A stretch of 64,000 nt of DNA from Podarcis tiliguerta. Lineage: Eukaryota. Below the pieces are notes generated by a model. It searched no databases. It worked only from the letters and a program-made list of their open reading frames with translations, and was not told the origin of the DNA. Location of the stretch: the NCBI GenBank assembly GCA_965153285.1, contig OZ229110.1. One strand, 5' to 3'. The translations under genes were made by a program, and so were the position numbers. Each line of letters opens with the position of its first letter. The first letter of the stretch is position 1. Positions 37,461 to 59,029 of this stretch are shown in pieces.

Positions 37461-38619
37461 GATAAATGTATCTATGTACTAGGTCAATGGGAAAACTTTA
37501 GAAATTCATATAAAATCACTGCAATGACAGATTTACATCATTCCAACATTGTTCTACTCAGAAGGAAAATGGCTAGCAGGGGAGGAGCTTTGGAAATGGG
37601 TAAGGGGCAGCCATAATCCCTGAAGGGTGAGACTCAGTGTGTCCCACTGCCTGGGTGATAATCTCTGGCATCCTGGCACCTGAGTAACAGAACAGGTAGT
37701 CATTCTAAGAACAATCCCAAACCCAACCTTAGTGGACTGGGGTCTTGGTCAAGACAAAGTGTGTGCTTAACTTGTCTGGGAAAACAGGAAAATGTAAATA
37801 CTTACCTTTGTTTCACCTAAAGATTGGAAGGTGGAGGTCATGTGAGGACAGGGCAAGCCTGGTGCTCAGGTTTCTGCCAGAAGACCCCTCCCAATTTATG
37901 ACATAGTTATGACAAACGTATGATGTTTTACTAAGGGTGTTATGGGTAAGTTGGGAAACTTATAAAAACAGGGAGCCATCCTTTGTTTGGGACTTCTCTC
38001 TGCTTCTTCCATGTGGTAGTCTTGTTGCAACAATAAAGATCAGGCCTACTGGCCGCTGCTTTCCTTCGATCTCCTGGCTAAAGTCTCTTGCTTGTGACCC
38101 CCAACCTGAACCTATGGGAGCCAAAGTTAGGCAATTGTGGGGTGCTCCAATGACTCCCTTATACTCAAACACCAAGTTAGCTGAACAATCTTGGGCTAGC
38201 CACCACCGGCCTACCCTACCTCACAGGGTTGTTGAGCATAAAGAGGGGCGGCGGCAAATAGAGCTCTTTAGAGGAGGTATTGGTTAAAAACGTAACAAGA
38301 AAATAAAATGTTGAAGCCTTACATAAGATTCAGAAGGGGTGCTCAGAAGGGGAGGGGTTAAAGAAACAAGAGGCGTGCAAATTTTATGAAAAAAGGAATA
38401 ACAAATCTTCACAACAACCCTGTGAGGTAAACCAGTGTTTATGACGGTGTGCATTGACTTGGGAATAAGCCTCACTGAATTCAACACATTTACTCCTCAG
38501 TAAACACGCATGGGGGACCAGAATCCACTAACCATGTCCAACCACAACACTCTGTCCCCTAAACTGGGACATTCTGCTCCTGTAACTTTCCCCCCCTCCC
38601 CCTCCCCCCATTCCCTGTT

Positions 38620-39210
38620 TGGTTTCCTCCCTTCCACGCTCCCTGCCCTTCGCTCCCGCAGCTCCTGCTCCGCCCCCTTGAACGGTTGCTAGGCTACCTT
38701 CTGCGGGCGGCAGTGCGGATGGCGCGGAATAATGACGTCGAGAGGCGGAGTGCGCGGCTTCTGTCGCGCTAAAGCTCCCTCGGAAGCGTCCGTGCGCCGG
38801 ACAGAGACGGGTGAGTCCTTAGCCCACTCCTCTCCGCCCCCGTCCCGGCCCCGCCCCATCTCCGCAGGTAGGCGGGGCCTTAGGAAAAGTGACAGGGTCG
38901 TGGGCTTCCACTATTCCTGGCTCCAGCCTGCTGGGGCCAGAAAGAGAGCTTCGCGTGGGCTCCTCAAGGCAATGCTTCAGCTCCCTTCCCCCTCATTTTG
39001 AGCCCGGGCTCAACTCCGGGAACCTAGTCCGAATGTCCGGGCTCAGCACTGGAACAAAATGACATAACAACGAAAGCGAACGTGCCTCTAGCCATGTACA
39101 GAGTGCATCCCTCCTCGCTCGTGGCGGAGTCAGCTTAGGCACCGCACTGCGGAGGGAGGGAGATGTTGGTGACAAAGCCTTCATCTCAGGAGCGCCCACG
39201 CGTGGTTTTC
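38620..39210. promoter_or_regulatory. CpG island / bidirectional promoter for GLB1L and STK16
   Basis: CpG-rich. X-box-like GTTGCTAGGCTAC at 38685-38697, GATGGCG (YY1-like) near 38718, TGACGTC (CRE) at 38733-38739. Donor CGG|gtgagt (+) at 38810 and AAG|gtagcc (-) at 38698. Confidence 0.8.
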
Positions 39211-40387
39211 TCCTGGGTGGTGGGGAAGCTGATCTCTGCTATTTCTGCCCCTCCTCCACCTACTACGGAATGCAGCCTCTCGTTCAAATCGGAATGATTC
39301 AATTGGAGGTCACTTGAGTAGGAAGCTGGTGTCATGTGTTTGTAAAGTGAGCTGTCGTTACCAGCTGTCACCTGGAGAGAGAGGAAAAACTAGGTCTCCT
39401 CAGACCCCAGATACCAACCAATGTTAGAAGCTGTTTAATTTACAAAGGCATGTACTGTGATATAGGGAGCTTGCCATGGGTGTTTCCAAAATGTTTCATT
39501 TATTACTTGCACTTTAAAAACTGTAAACTGTAACACGCTTCTAGTAGCCATTCACTGAAACATTTTCACTTCCTCTCCTTGCCTGCGTGGAGTTCTCTGT
39601 GTATATAATTCAGCTGGTGTCACGATTTAGACTACAATCCTAACTCCATTTACCTTGGACTAAGCCACATTGGATTCAGTAGGACTTACTTGTGCCTAAG
39701 GTGATACCAGTTATGGGCCATCATAGATATGTTGCTGCATGGTATGCATTCTTTTCCTGCCCAGATGAAAAAATTGGTTTTCCCTTTCTCTGGGGATGGA
39801 GAGGGGAGAGACTGCTGTAACTAGACATAGAATCCTGAATGAATGAAGTTGCAGTCTCATTTCCACATACGCAGGCTATTTGCTTTTGGAAGATCCAGTC
39901 AATATATTTTTTTCAATCTTGGGTTGTGACTGATCATCACATTTGAAGTGGGAAATTAACTAGACATACTCTTCTTCAATCCGCCAGCAGATTCAATGAT
40001 GACAGGGTGGATAATTTGTTTTCCCCCAGCACCTGTTTGCTTGAGGCACCTAGGATCATTTGCTTTCTTGGTGCCAGTTTTGTGGATGCTGTCGCTAAAT
40101 TGCACATGTTAGGGAACAGGAGACTGGTAAGTGAACACTCCTATCTTTAGGCAAGAGAAAGGTCTTAGATTGTCTTGTACTCCCTTTTAACTCTAGAAGT
40201 TAGGTCTGTTCCACTATGAAAGTGCTCATGTATTAAGATCTTTGTGAGAAAGGCCTTTCCACGTTCCACCAATAGCTGAGGTGCATTTCTTGTGGGACAG
40301 GGCCTTCTCAGTGGCTGCACTCAGTCTCTGGAGTTCCATCCCTAGACCTCTCTTGCCTTGTCTCTGATGCACTGTCACTGACTGACC

Positions 40388-40417
40388 TATTTTATTTTAT
40401 TTTATTTTATTTTTATT
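40388..40417. repeat. (TTTTA)n microsatellite at the end of an L2-like fragment
   Basis: Seen directly. The upstream gacagggccttctcagtggctgc...ctctgg resembles the L2 3' end. Confidence 0.75.
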
Positions 40418-40854
40418 TACAGTGCAGGTTTTTGGCTTTCAGCTGGCTGCTGGCTTTAATTCCTTTCATATTTATTAATTGGAGTTTCCATTGTATTTGA
40501 TATATTATGAGTTGTATCCAGTGAAGCTGTCCCATTCTTGCAAGAGCTTCAGCTTGTGCAATGGAGCTTGCCCTCTTTCTGCATCCCCCACTCGTATCCT
40601 CTGGGTTCGCCCCCCCCCAATCCTCAGGAGCAGATTGTGGGGTGGAGCATGGGAAGAGGAGGGGAAATTCTAATGCACAAGCAGAAATCCTCGCAGGAAC
40701 ACAAAGATTTTGTTGGATGCAGCCCCTTCAAATTGTTAATGCTGTTAGTCATCTTCAGCATCATGTATGAAAAGACAGGAGACAAAATATTATAAATGAA
40801 TAAATATTGCTTTCTTTCCCTCTGTAGGACCTGAAGGATGTTGGAGCAACCATC

Positions 40855-43800
40855 ATGGGCCAAGCCCTATGTATCTGCTCAAGGGGAACCATCACCATCA
40901 ATAACAAACGTTACCTTTTAATCCATAGACTTGGGGAGGGGTGAGTATATGAGGACTAAGTTTTCACACATCTCATCTACACATTGAGCACTGTCATTGT
41001 TACCAAGAGATAAAGCTGAAAGGTACATCATCTAGGATCCGTGTAGTCCAGTGGTGGGGATTCTGTGGCACTTGAGATGCTGTTGGATTTCAGCTTCCAT
41101 CATCTTTGACCATTGTCCATATTGGTTGTGACTGGAGGACACGTATTCCCCATCCCACCCCATCTACCAAATCCACTGCAGAGGCAATATTCATCCTGTA
41201 CAAATCACCCCTCAACTTTTTTTTCATGCTTTGGTGTAAGCTCCTTTGAACTTACTTCTGAGTAAATGTGCTTAGGATTAAGCAGCAAATATTTCTGCAG
41301 ACAGCTACAACTACTCTGAACAACTTGTTCCGTTGCTTACTCATTCATTACAGTTGGAAAGTTTATTCCTGATATGTAACCAAAGTCTTCTTTGCTGCAA
41401 TTTGAACCTGCTGGTCTTCCCTCAGTAGTCTTGGTAAACAGACATCCTCACTCTTCTGTGTCATCCTTTAGATAACTAAAACACACTGAACTGCTAAGCC
41501 GTCAGACCAGCTCGGTGGTGGTGGTGTTTTTTTTCTGATGACTGCAAATGTCTGATGTTATAGATGAAACTGCAGGAAGCGTCAGGATATAGGGTGATCT
41601 ATCCTCCAACCTTCATTCCCAATGGGTTAGGGACACTTTCAGTGTATGGTTGAAACCCTCATTGTTATTGATAAGCCTGTTAAATTGCTGTGTAATTTTG
41701 CACTGTTTGCCAGCTGTGATGATGGATAGAGAGGAGCACAAATACATTCCTGTTCCACAGCATGAAATTAATGCCTTATTCCTCAGTTGATCGTTGGAGA
41801 GGAAGAAGGTTACATAATTTCCTCTTTTTAAAAATATCCTATTCTGAGTTGTAATGGCACTACTTTGTTAGCTTAGAGGTGGGCAGGAACAGAGGCCTGT
41901 GCGTACAGACAGCAGGAGAGGAGAAGAAAAATCCTTCCCCCCCCCACCAAGCTGCCTGCTCTCTTCCTGACATACCTTCTCCCCACACAGAGGTTTTAGC
42001 TACGTGGACCTAGTAGAAGGGCTGCACGATGGGCGCTTCTATGCACTGAAACGCATCATATGCCATGACAAGGATGATCGCCAGGAGGCCATGCATGAGG
42101 TAGAGATGCACCTTCTCTTTGAGCATCCCAACATCCTGACCCTGTGTGCACATGCCATGGTGGAGAGGGGATCCAAACACGAGGCCTGGCTCCTGTTGCC
42201 TTTCCTGAAGGTGAGTGTGGGTGTAAGGTGCAGGTGGATACAGCAGTGCATGCTGGGAAATGTAGTATTTGTGGCTACATCATGCAAGGCTGAGAGGTGT
42301 TGAATACTGGGACCGTAGCTGCAGAGGTTGGTCTCTTCCAGCAGCCGCCTGGTTCCCACCAAGGATGGATACATGAGGCCATTTTCAGGATGGAGCCACT
42401 TGATGGAACCCTGCTTCTACACCAGTTGCAATCGGTCCCATAGCATTTATTTATAAAATTGTTTTCATCTAGCCCTTTGGACTCCCACCCCAGGTGGCTT
42501 GCAATCACAAGTTAAAAAAATAAACCAATAGAGGTTTCCCAGGGTACAGAATGGAAAGGGTGTCATCAGCATATAGATGGTACCCAGTCCCAAATCCTTG
42601 GATAATCTTTCCCAGTAGTTTTCATGTTTCTACTAGACAGCATAAGGGACAAGCTGAACCCTGAGATTCATTTCATTTTTGGCTGCCAGAGCCTCAGAGC
42701 GCATGTTATTCTCCTTGACTTCTACTGGACCAGATTCCAGAGCTGTCCTCTGTGATAAAGGACCTCTGTCTGCTTTTACAGACTTTGCTGCTTCAGTTTG
42801 AAAGGATTTAGTAACATGGCAGCACATGAGATTTTGTGGCAGGTGCCACAATTCTCAGGGGATCAGATAATCTGATCTGGTTTTTCTCTACACACCCCTT
42901 AATGTGGTGGGCATGGCAGCACCCCTGTGAAGTCAGCTTGGAGCCTCAGGCATCCATTCCTTTCCTAAATTCAGCCCAGATCAGTAAGCTAAAAGCAAAG
43001 GTTGTCTTTATTGTAGTTTTACTCCACTGTGCTGTGCTCAACTGTGCTCCCAAATTTCTGCTATGCTTGCATTTTGGCCCTGGCAGAAAGCTCCACAACA
43101 ATAGTCACCTAAAAACAGCAGACCCCAGCAGAGTGATACGGCAAGTTCAGAGCTGGAAGCATGGTGACCCCTAGTAAAGCAGAAATAAGTGCCTCTTGGA
43201 ATGGTTAGGCAATCAGGCTGGCTCCAAAGCTGCTGTCCCCAAAAGCTTTTTTTTGCATCTTCTCGGTCATATTGGAGTGGGGATGGTGCCATCCTCTAGG
43301 AAATCACTTCCTTCAACCCTGTGCAGGTGGAGGGTTTGTACCTAATACATTAAATGCACTAATAGAGGATCTCTTCCTCATCTGGTATTTTTTGAGGAGA
43401 ATATGTGTGATCCCCATCACCAGCGTGCCTGGGCTTCTCTTTGCAGAGAGGGACCCTTTGGCAGGAAGTTGAAACTCTGAGAGATAAAGACGCCTTCATG
43501 CCGGAGGAGAGGATCCTGGCCATCCTTCACGGCATCTGCCGGGGCCTGCAGGCCATTCATAACAAGGGCTATGCACACAGGTGAGAAGCTGGGTCTAGAA
43601 AGCATGGGGCACTGTTGGAACAGAGCCCATGTTTGGGGAGGGCGGAGGAAGTGGGTGACGTAGGTGATCAGTTATAGATCAGTATTGACAGCACTGACAC
43701 AGGAGTTTGCAAAGCTAAAGAACCACATTTTGACATGGAGCAGTATTTGCAATAGGGGAAGCCAGAGCCTGGGGACGTAAGAGGTTCAAAGCTGACTTCA

Positions 43801-45343
43801 AAGCTCTGATGGTTCTGTGGCTGGACAAATCAAGGATCTTTTTTTCAGAGACCTGAAGCCTACAAATGTGCTCCTGGATGATGAGGACCAACCGCTGCTG
43901 ATGGACCTGGGCTCTATGAATCAGGCCCGCATTGAGGTGCAAAGCTTGCGGGAGGCCATGACTATTCAGGTAGGAGGGCAGCCTGGTGAAAAGGACATGG
44001 GAGAATAGCTGCTTCCAGCAAAGATGGTGAAGAACCCTCTAAATTAGATTAATTGTAAAAGGAGCTCAGGCAGGCACCAGTCCCCTCAACACCTGCAATT
44101 AAACAGAAGAGTGGAAGGGAATGTTAGCAAGTTGTGATCTTGTTTGCCCATGCAAAACGATCCATGTGATACTATGCAATCTTTGCTTCTGTAACATGGA
44201 AAATTTCCACAGAGGAAAGAGCAGTTTAAAAAAACTTCACGAAGTTCTCAAAAGCTACCTATTCCTTAACTAAAGTCACCGTAAATGGTGTCTCCAAAAG
44301 ATTAACAGTATTTCCCCTTCCATCCCACATAGAGTGGTTAGGGCTGCAACAAGAGGCAAATAAACTAGCATATAAACTGTGATGGGTCATTAATTTAGAA
44401 AGTTATAATCTTTCTCATAATTAAATCATAATGTCAATCACTTCAAAGTATATGTAGAATTGAGACGCCTGTGGGCAGGCAGAGCCTGAGGTTTCCTTCC
44501 TTCCTTCTCTGGTAAGCGGCAATCATTTACTTTAACACTACTGCCACTACATTAAATTATAGGCATTGCAGGAATGTTCCTGAGGGAAAAAATTGAGACG
44601 AAGGCCTTCTGTTTACTTTCTCTTTCCCTCTGCCTCTCTCACACACTGTATTTGAGATTAAGTTCTTGTCTTATTTATTATTTATTAAATTTGTCAGTCG
44701 CTTTATATTGCCCAAAGTGACTTCCTTCTAATTTATTTTGCAGGACTGGGCTGCCCAACGTTGCACCATCTCATACAGAGCACCAGAGCTGTTCACTGTG
44801 GAGCGTGAATGCGTCATCGATGAACGTACTGACATCTGGGTAAGGATCCTCCATTTCCATTTAGGGGGGGAAATCCACTTAGTCACCTAAGTCAAAGGAT
44901 GCAATTCCCCAATTTGTCCCTGTGCAAGGGAGGGAGATCCTGTCCTTGAGGTGCCTTCCCATTCAAGAGCCAGCTTTCTCCCTACTCTCACCTTGCATCT
45001 GCTTAGTCCTTAGGCTGCGTTCTGTACTGTATGATGTTTGGAGAGGGGCCTTACGACATGATCTTCCAAAAGGGGGACAGTGTGGCCTTGGCGGTGCAGA
45101 ACCAACTCACCGTGCCCCAGAATACCAGGTAAGGAATGGCTGTGCGAAAGGAAGGTTGTCCTTGATCCAAGACAGACCAGGTACAAAGCGCCTCTGAATT
45201 TCAGGTACTCGCCTGCTTTGGAACGCCTCCTCTCCTCCATGATGGTGGTGAATCCCCAGGAGCGCCCATTCATCACTGACATCATAGGCCAGCTTGAAGC
45301 GATACAACCACCTCCCACCGGGCAGGACATGACACGCATCTGA
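40855..45343 (+). CDS. STK16: Serine/threonine kinase 16 (MPSK1, NAK family), 305 aa
   Basis: 7 coding exons: 40855-40940, 41991-42210, 43447-43580, 43849-43969, 44744-44839, 45007-45128, 45205-45343 (918 nt). N-terminus MGQALCICS (myristoylation Gly, palmitoylation Cys), then LGEGGFSYV, YALKRI, HRDLKPTN, MDLGS, YRAPE, DIWSLGC. Confidence 0.97.
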
Positions 45344-45779
45344 GCCCAGAGTGTGTGGGGTAAGCATGGAGGCAGCAAAGGAACTGAAGCCCACGTGGGG
45401 GACCTCCAGTGGTCCAAAGTTTACAGGAAAGACTGGGCAAGGCTTCATTGCATTCCAGTTCCGTGCCTGCCTCCTTCCTTCGGGAACTCTTCCGCAGTGG
45501 GGCCATCGCCTGCCTTGGAACTTGCTTGAAGGTCCTCCTGCAATTCTCACTGGTGGCCTAGCATGCGCCTTACTGGGCTTCACCTGTGTTGTAGGCCATT
45601 GTCAGCCACCTCCCCAAAGCAGCAGGATGCTGCTCTTACAAGGGACCAAGATACCTCATCACCGGCTGGGAAAGAAAACCCAGCATTCTGTACTCAAGTA
45701 CAGCTTCTAGATGAATGATTTAAGAAGCTGGTGTCCTATTTGTTTTGGTACAGGCATGTCTTCCAGGCCTGTCATGTCA

Positions 45780-45785
45780 AATAAA
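45780..45785 (+). terminator. Polyadenylation signal of STK16
   Basis: First AATAAA downstream of the TGA at 45343. Confidence 0.65.
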
Positions 45786-48027
45786 GTCTTCATACTCAGC
45801 TGTATAAACATATTTAGTATGTGATTTGCAAATATATAAACTGGGGGGGGGGGCAAAGAGGGAGGTGGGGCAACCATGATGTAGTTCTCTTACTCCTTAT
45901 ACTTTTGTCTACTTCTTGTTGTACTCCTGGTAGCTTTACCATCTTTTCTGGCTAGAAAAACTGCATTGTGTAAACATTTGTGAGTTTTATATGCTTTATG
46001 CTACAGCTGCTAACTATTCAGAGCTGAAAAGATCTGTATGGGGTAGGAAATCATGTCTACCTTGACCAAGGTGTGAGTCAATTTTCAGAACAAGAGTTGT
46101 TGCAAGTCTGTTGGAGCATACTAATAAGAGTCTTAAAAGACCTTGAAAGCTCATGTTATTATTGCATCAGCCTTCATGGGTGCAGGCAGGGGGATACATA
46201 CACACACACCCAAGTCTAGAAATGTTTCTTATCGATGAAAGTCAAATATAGTATGATGTATTTGGTCTCAGTACTAAACTTCTGTGTATGTGAAACAGAA
46301 CACACATCAGGCACTTTAGCCATGTGTTAAACAGCCGTGATGGCAACTGCTGTTAGTGCAGTTAAGGCATTCAGACTGAAGAGTATGTCAGCAATGTGAG
46401 ATTCTTTGGCCCTTCATAAAGTAGGGATTGTACAGAAAGGGGTTCACACATCCTCCACCACCCATTGAGAGAGTAGGTAAAGAGGGGAGCTTCTAGTTTG
46501 AGATTCCTATGCTACATAGCCCATGTATAGTCAAAGCAGCCACGGTGGCAGGCAAGGAGAGAGAGGACTGGCTGTCTGCCTGGTATGGAGGGCAAAGCAG
46601 TTTACACAGGCCTTGCCAGACCTGGGTTGCAGCCAGCACATTTTCAGGTTGGGCGTAACCACTCCTCCTCTTCCACTCAATGCCCCCCCCCCCTTGCTCC
46701 TGGAAGAATGAATAAGTGCTTTGTCCAGAGAAGCAGCAGCCAATAGAGGAAAAGCAAACATTTTTCATCTGGAGTACATAAATCCTACCCCTAATTTCAC
46801 AGTTAAGGTGAGGCCCACTCCCATCTGTCTCGCTGATCTCACTGGTCTTTATCTTTAAAACTTTATATGACTCCTCGCTTGTCTAAGAACTGGAGCCTAA
46901 AGTGTTCTAGGCAAGGTATGCCTACAAGCAGCTTAACATTTGAAAGTGGGGCTAGGAGAGGGTAAAAGAGAGCAACATCTTCAGCAGAACATGCACCAGT
47001 CTTTGATTTTATGGTTGAGAAGCCTAGAAAAATACAATTCAGCATTTCTCCAAACTCTTCAGGGGATGCGTCTATCCCACGCAGTGTAGCATGCAGAGGG
47101 GTCAGTGGTGGCAGACTGGAATACAGGGAAGAATATATCCCCGTTCAAGGCAGGGGTGGCGTTAACTTTAATGAGATTTCAGCCTGGATAGGAGATTGCA
47201 GGGGATCTTCCTGCAGTGGATATCCAAAGAAGTATTGTGATGAGATGCAGAATTAAATCCCTACCTATGCATAAAGTTTTACCCTTGTTTGGAGCAAAGT
47301 CACATCCAATCCACTTTGCAAGGTCGTTGAGCAATTAAAATGCTACTCAGTGTTTTTGGGAAAGGGTGGGATAGAGATGTTTTGTAATAGCTCGATATCC
47401 TACTTCTGCTATCTTCAGGACTTTTTTGTGTGTGGAAAAAAAGCTAGTTATTATCAGAATATATGAGGCAAAACAGAATCTCCAGTGCCAAGAAAGGAGG
47501 CTCATAGAGCTGCCTACAGTCAGTGAGATTCCTCACTTATTTGTCCCGTTCTTGTTTGTTAACCTCATTTCACTTTCCTAATTCTGGTTTAAAGTTTTGT
47601 ACCAAATCGGGGTGGTTGTGGTGATGGTGAAGCCTGGAGAAAAGAATATGCTAGTATGCATGATTTGACTACATCACTTTTATTAGCCACATAATTTGTT
47701 TTAACTTGGTGAATAGGTATAAGACCTGTCTAAAGATTATGGGGAAGGGCAGGATATAAATTTAATAAAAATAAATAATTCCAGGCTCATGCCCCCTTTG
47801 CCCATGTAGTCTCCATGGTGCAATGTCGTGCCACCAATTTGCTCAGCTTTAGCTGCTATGGCTGGCACCTTCTCTTTTCTAAATCCTTCAAGGTGTAGGT
47901 TGTGTGGAAGGAAATGGCCATTATGTGGCAACGAACAGCGCTTGAAGCTGTTCCACCAGCAAGGTGAAGCTGTAACCCTATTCAAGAAAGAGGCATACCA
48001 CAGAAATTCAGATAAAACCAAACATAC

Positions 48028-48033
48028 TTTATT
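48028..48033 (-). terminator. Proximal polyadenylation signal of TUBA4A (second at 47679-47684)
   Basis: tttatt on the plus strand (AATAAA on minus), 40 nt after the stop. Confidence 0.55.
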
Positions 48034-48072
48034 GAAAATGAAGGTCCACCAGACAATGTGCAGCATCTAGAG

Positions 48073-56213
<8,141 letters not shown>

Positions 56214-57699
56214 GATGAAGAACGGCGGGGCTGAGAGCTCACGCTGAGTCGATGCGACGAAGTCTCTGTGAGAAGCAGCTACGCCTGCTCTAGCCCGCCC
56301 TGCCGCAGTGGGTTTATAAAGGAGGGGGCGGGCCTAGAAGGTGGCCCCGCCCCAGCTCCTCGTTGGTGTTTACCGGGAGCCAAGACGCCTAGAGAGGAGA
56401 ATTAATCATTTCCAAGGTGGCTGCTTCGTCTCCAAATCGAAAGTCACCGCGCAGACTCTTTCATCAGCAGACGCAGCAGGAGGAAGAGAAGAGAAACGGC
56501 TACATGGGGTGGGACTCCTTCCGTAGAGGCAGAAGAGGGGATTTAAGGAAGATGCAGCTTCAGAGAAAAGCGCCTGCAAAAATATCTTCGAAAAGGATGG
56601 GGCCTGCTGCATCCAGGGGGGCTGCCCCTCCTCCTTTGCACGTTGGTCACCTTAGTGGTAGGAGACACGGAAGTCCAATGTTTTAGCAGCTGCTTCACAG
56701 GCAGAAATTAAAAGTTGGATTGATTTATTTCTTAACTGTGGCATTCCCGTGTTAGCAAAACCTTCCTATACCACATAGTTGTAAAAGGTACAATACCAAT
56801 GCTGATTTCAAACTGGTGTGGGAAAATGTTGCTGAACTACAACTCCCAGCAGCCCCAGCAAGCATAGCCAGTGGCCATGTTCAGCAACATCTGGCAGGCC
56901 ATAGGTTCCCCGCAGGCAGCAATCCAAGGTGTGGCCTCACCAATTTCTTAGTGTATTCTAATAGGTCTTGCCCTGCCTTCCTTATCTGTCTGGAAAATTA
57001 ACAAGGCAGCCATGGAAACACACACACAATCATGGGAAACTGTTGCACCATGTAGCCATTTTTCATAAGAGAGCCGTATGCACCACATGAGTATGTCTCT
57101 ACAGCTTAGAAATGTCATTGTTAAATTATGCTAAACCCCTGCTTTCTTTAGGAGGGTTTGTCAATGGTCCATGACATTGATTTACGGCAGGAATATCCAA
57201 TGCGATGCCCTCCAGGTGGTTTGGACTGTAACTCACATCAGATCCAGCCAGCGTGGCTAATGGTCAGGAATGATGAGAGTTGTAGTCCACAACATCTTGC
57301 GGGCACACTGTTAGCTGCACTGGGTTGGGAAATGTGTTGTGTGGCTGCCCCCACATAGATGGGGAGACAGGCAGGTGCAAATTCACATTTAGATCCAGCG
57401 TGGAGAAGCCTAGTGGGACTCTCTTCTGAATAAGCTACTTGTTTGCTTATTTAAAACATCCATGCCCTTTCCTCAACAAGCCCAAGATGGCTCACCATGT
57501 ATGGAAGGTGACTCCAGCAGGTGTAGCTTGTCATGCAGGCTATACCTGCTGAAATTTCCTCTTTTGCAAAACTGTCAAAAGATGAAGAAGCCCTGCCCTC
57601 TTTTTCAACAGGTCACCCTAAGTTGAAACAATAACTATGGCTGCTGCAATCACATACCCATTTAGCTGAGAGTGGGCCCCAACTTTTGAATAGACACGG

Positions 57700-58340
57700 A
57701 TAAGATAATGGTGTTAACCATTTTGACATTAACAATATATAAAGTGATCATAAAACACTAAAACAGAAACAACGGTAAGAAAGGATTTAAAATAACCACA
57801 GCAATCTAATCCATCTCAAAAAAAGGGAGTAACCATTTTATGGCCCACAAGCCTTCCTTAAAAAAGGAAGGTTTTGATCCTTCTAGACAATGCCATTAGA
57901 GAGGGGCCAAGGTGAGTGTTGGAGGGAGGGGGGAGTTTCAGAGCCTGGGTGCAGCTACTGAAAAGGCTGTCTGCCTGCTTTCAACTAAGCGTATTTCTGT
58001 GGATGCTGGGACAAACAAGGGCTGCCGATAGTGATCTCACTAGTTTCATGTTGGAGAAGGCAGAAGTCTTTCAGATATCCAAGTTCCAAACCTATAGGGT
58101 TTTGAAGGTCACCACCACCAGTATTTTAATATGGGCTCAGAAATAAATGAAGCCAGTGGCAATGGTTTCAGTAAGGGAGTTGTGCACTGCTTACACGCAG
58201 TCCCTGTTAACAGACTGGCTGCAGTATTCTGGGCCCAGTATTGCTGAGTACCCTTCAAAGGCAGCCCTATGCAGAGTGCATTGCAGCAATCAAGCTGTGA
58301 CGTAACTCAAGTATATGCTACCTGGGCCAAGTCAGCAGTT
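57700..58340 (-). mobile_element. Degenerate L2-clade LINE 3' fragment
   Basis: Minus strand near 58250-58310 reads VTSQLDCCNALCIGLPLK, the same family as 1087-1865. Confidence 0.7.
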
Positions 58341-58627
58341 TCTCCAGAAGCAGACACAGTTGTGCTACAGTCCAAGTTGCAAACGTTTTAGGAATTTCCT
58401 TACAATCAAGTGCCACATCCATTTTGTTAAATAAAAGAAAACAAAAGCTGGGCAAAGGCACTCCTGGCCACATCCAAGGTCCTGAGCTGCTAAGGACTGG
58501 GCTGCTTAACTTGGGTTATGCCTAGAGTCACGTTTGTCAATTGTGCCCAGAAGACAGCCAACTTTGAGGTGGGATCAGGATGCAGGAAGTCCTGGCTCAG
58601 TGCTAGCAACATAACACTAGCTGGAAG

Positions 58628-59029
58628 CAGCGGTGGAGCATATGCCCACGCTGCCCAGGGCGGGTGTGCTCCCTAGGAGCATGAGGCGTGGAGGGTGCCC
58701 TCCCAGGTGTGGGAAAGCCGCTCGGGTGCATGGAGCGGAGCACACGCCCTGCAGCTGGGGGCGGAACAAGCCATCCATGGGGGCAGAGCAAGCCGCCAAT
58801 GGCAGACACTCGGTGTGCCACCTGCCCGCGATTCCCAAGCCTCCCCCAAGCATTCAGAACAAAGGGAGAAGGGGGGAATGCCACCGGTATTGCAGCACAG
58901 CTCCCCCCTTCCCCCAATGGCTCAGGGTAGGCTTGGGAATCGCAGGTGGGTGGCGCGCCGAATGTCACCCCCCTCAGCGAAGACACCTGGGGTGGCCTGC
59001 CCCCACCGTACCCCCTTCCTCCGCCCCTG
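58628..59029. mobile_element. GC-rich hAT-like MITE with internal inverted repeat
   Basis: Perfect 8-bp TSD GCTGGAAG (58620-58627, 59030-59037). The right end cttcctccgcc..tg is shared with the 32233 element. Confidence 0.85.

Noticed and set aside
45172-45204. Internal AG|GT in the 76-nt last STK16 intron (in-frame +8 aa acceptor)
   Set aside because: Using it would leave a 52-nt intron, below the usual vertebrate minimum, with no polypyrimidine tract.
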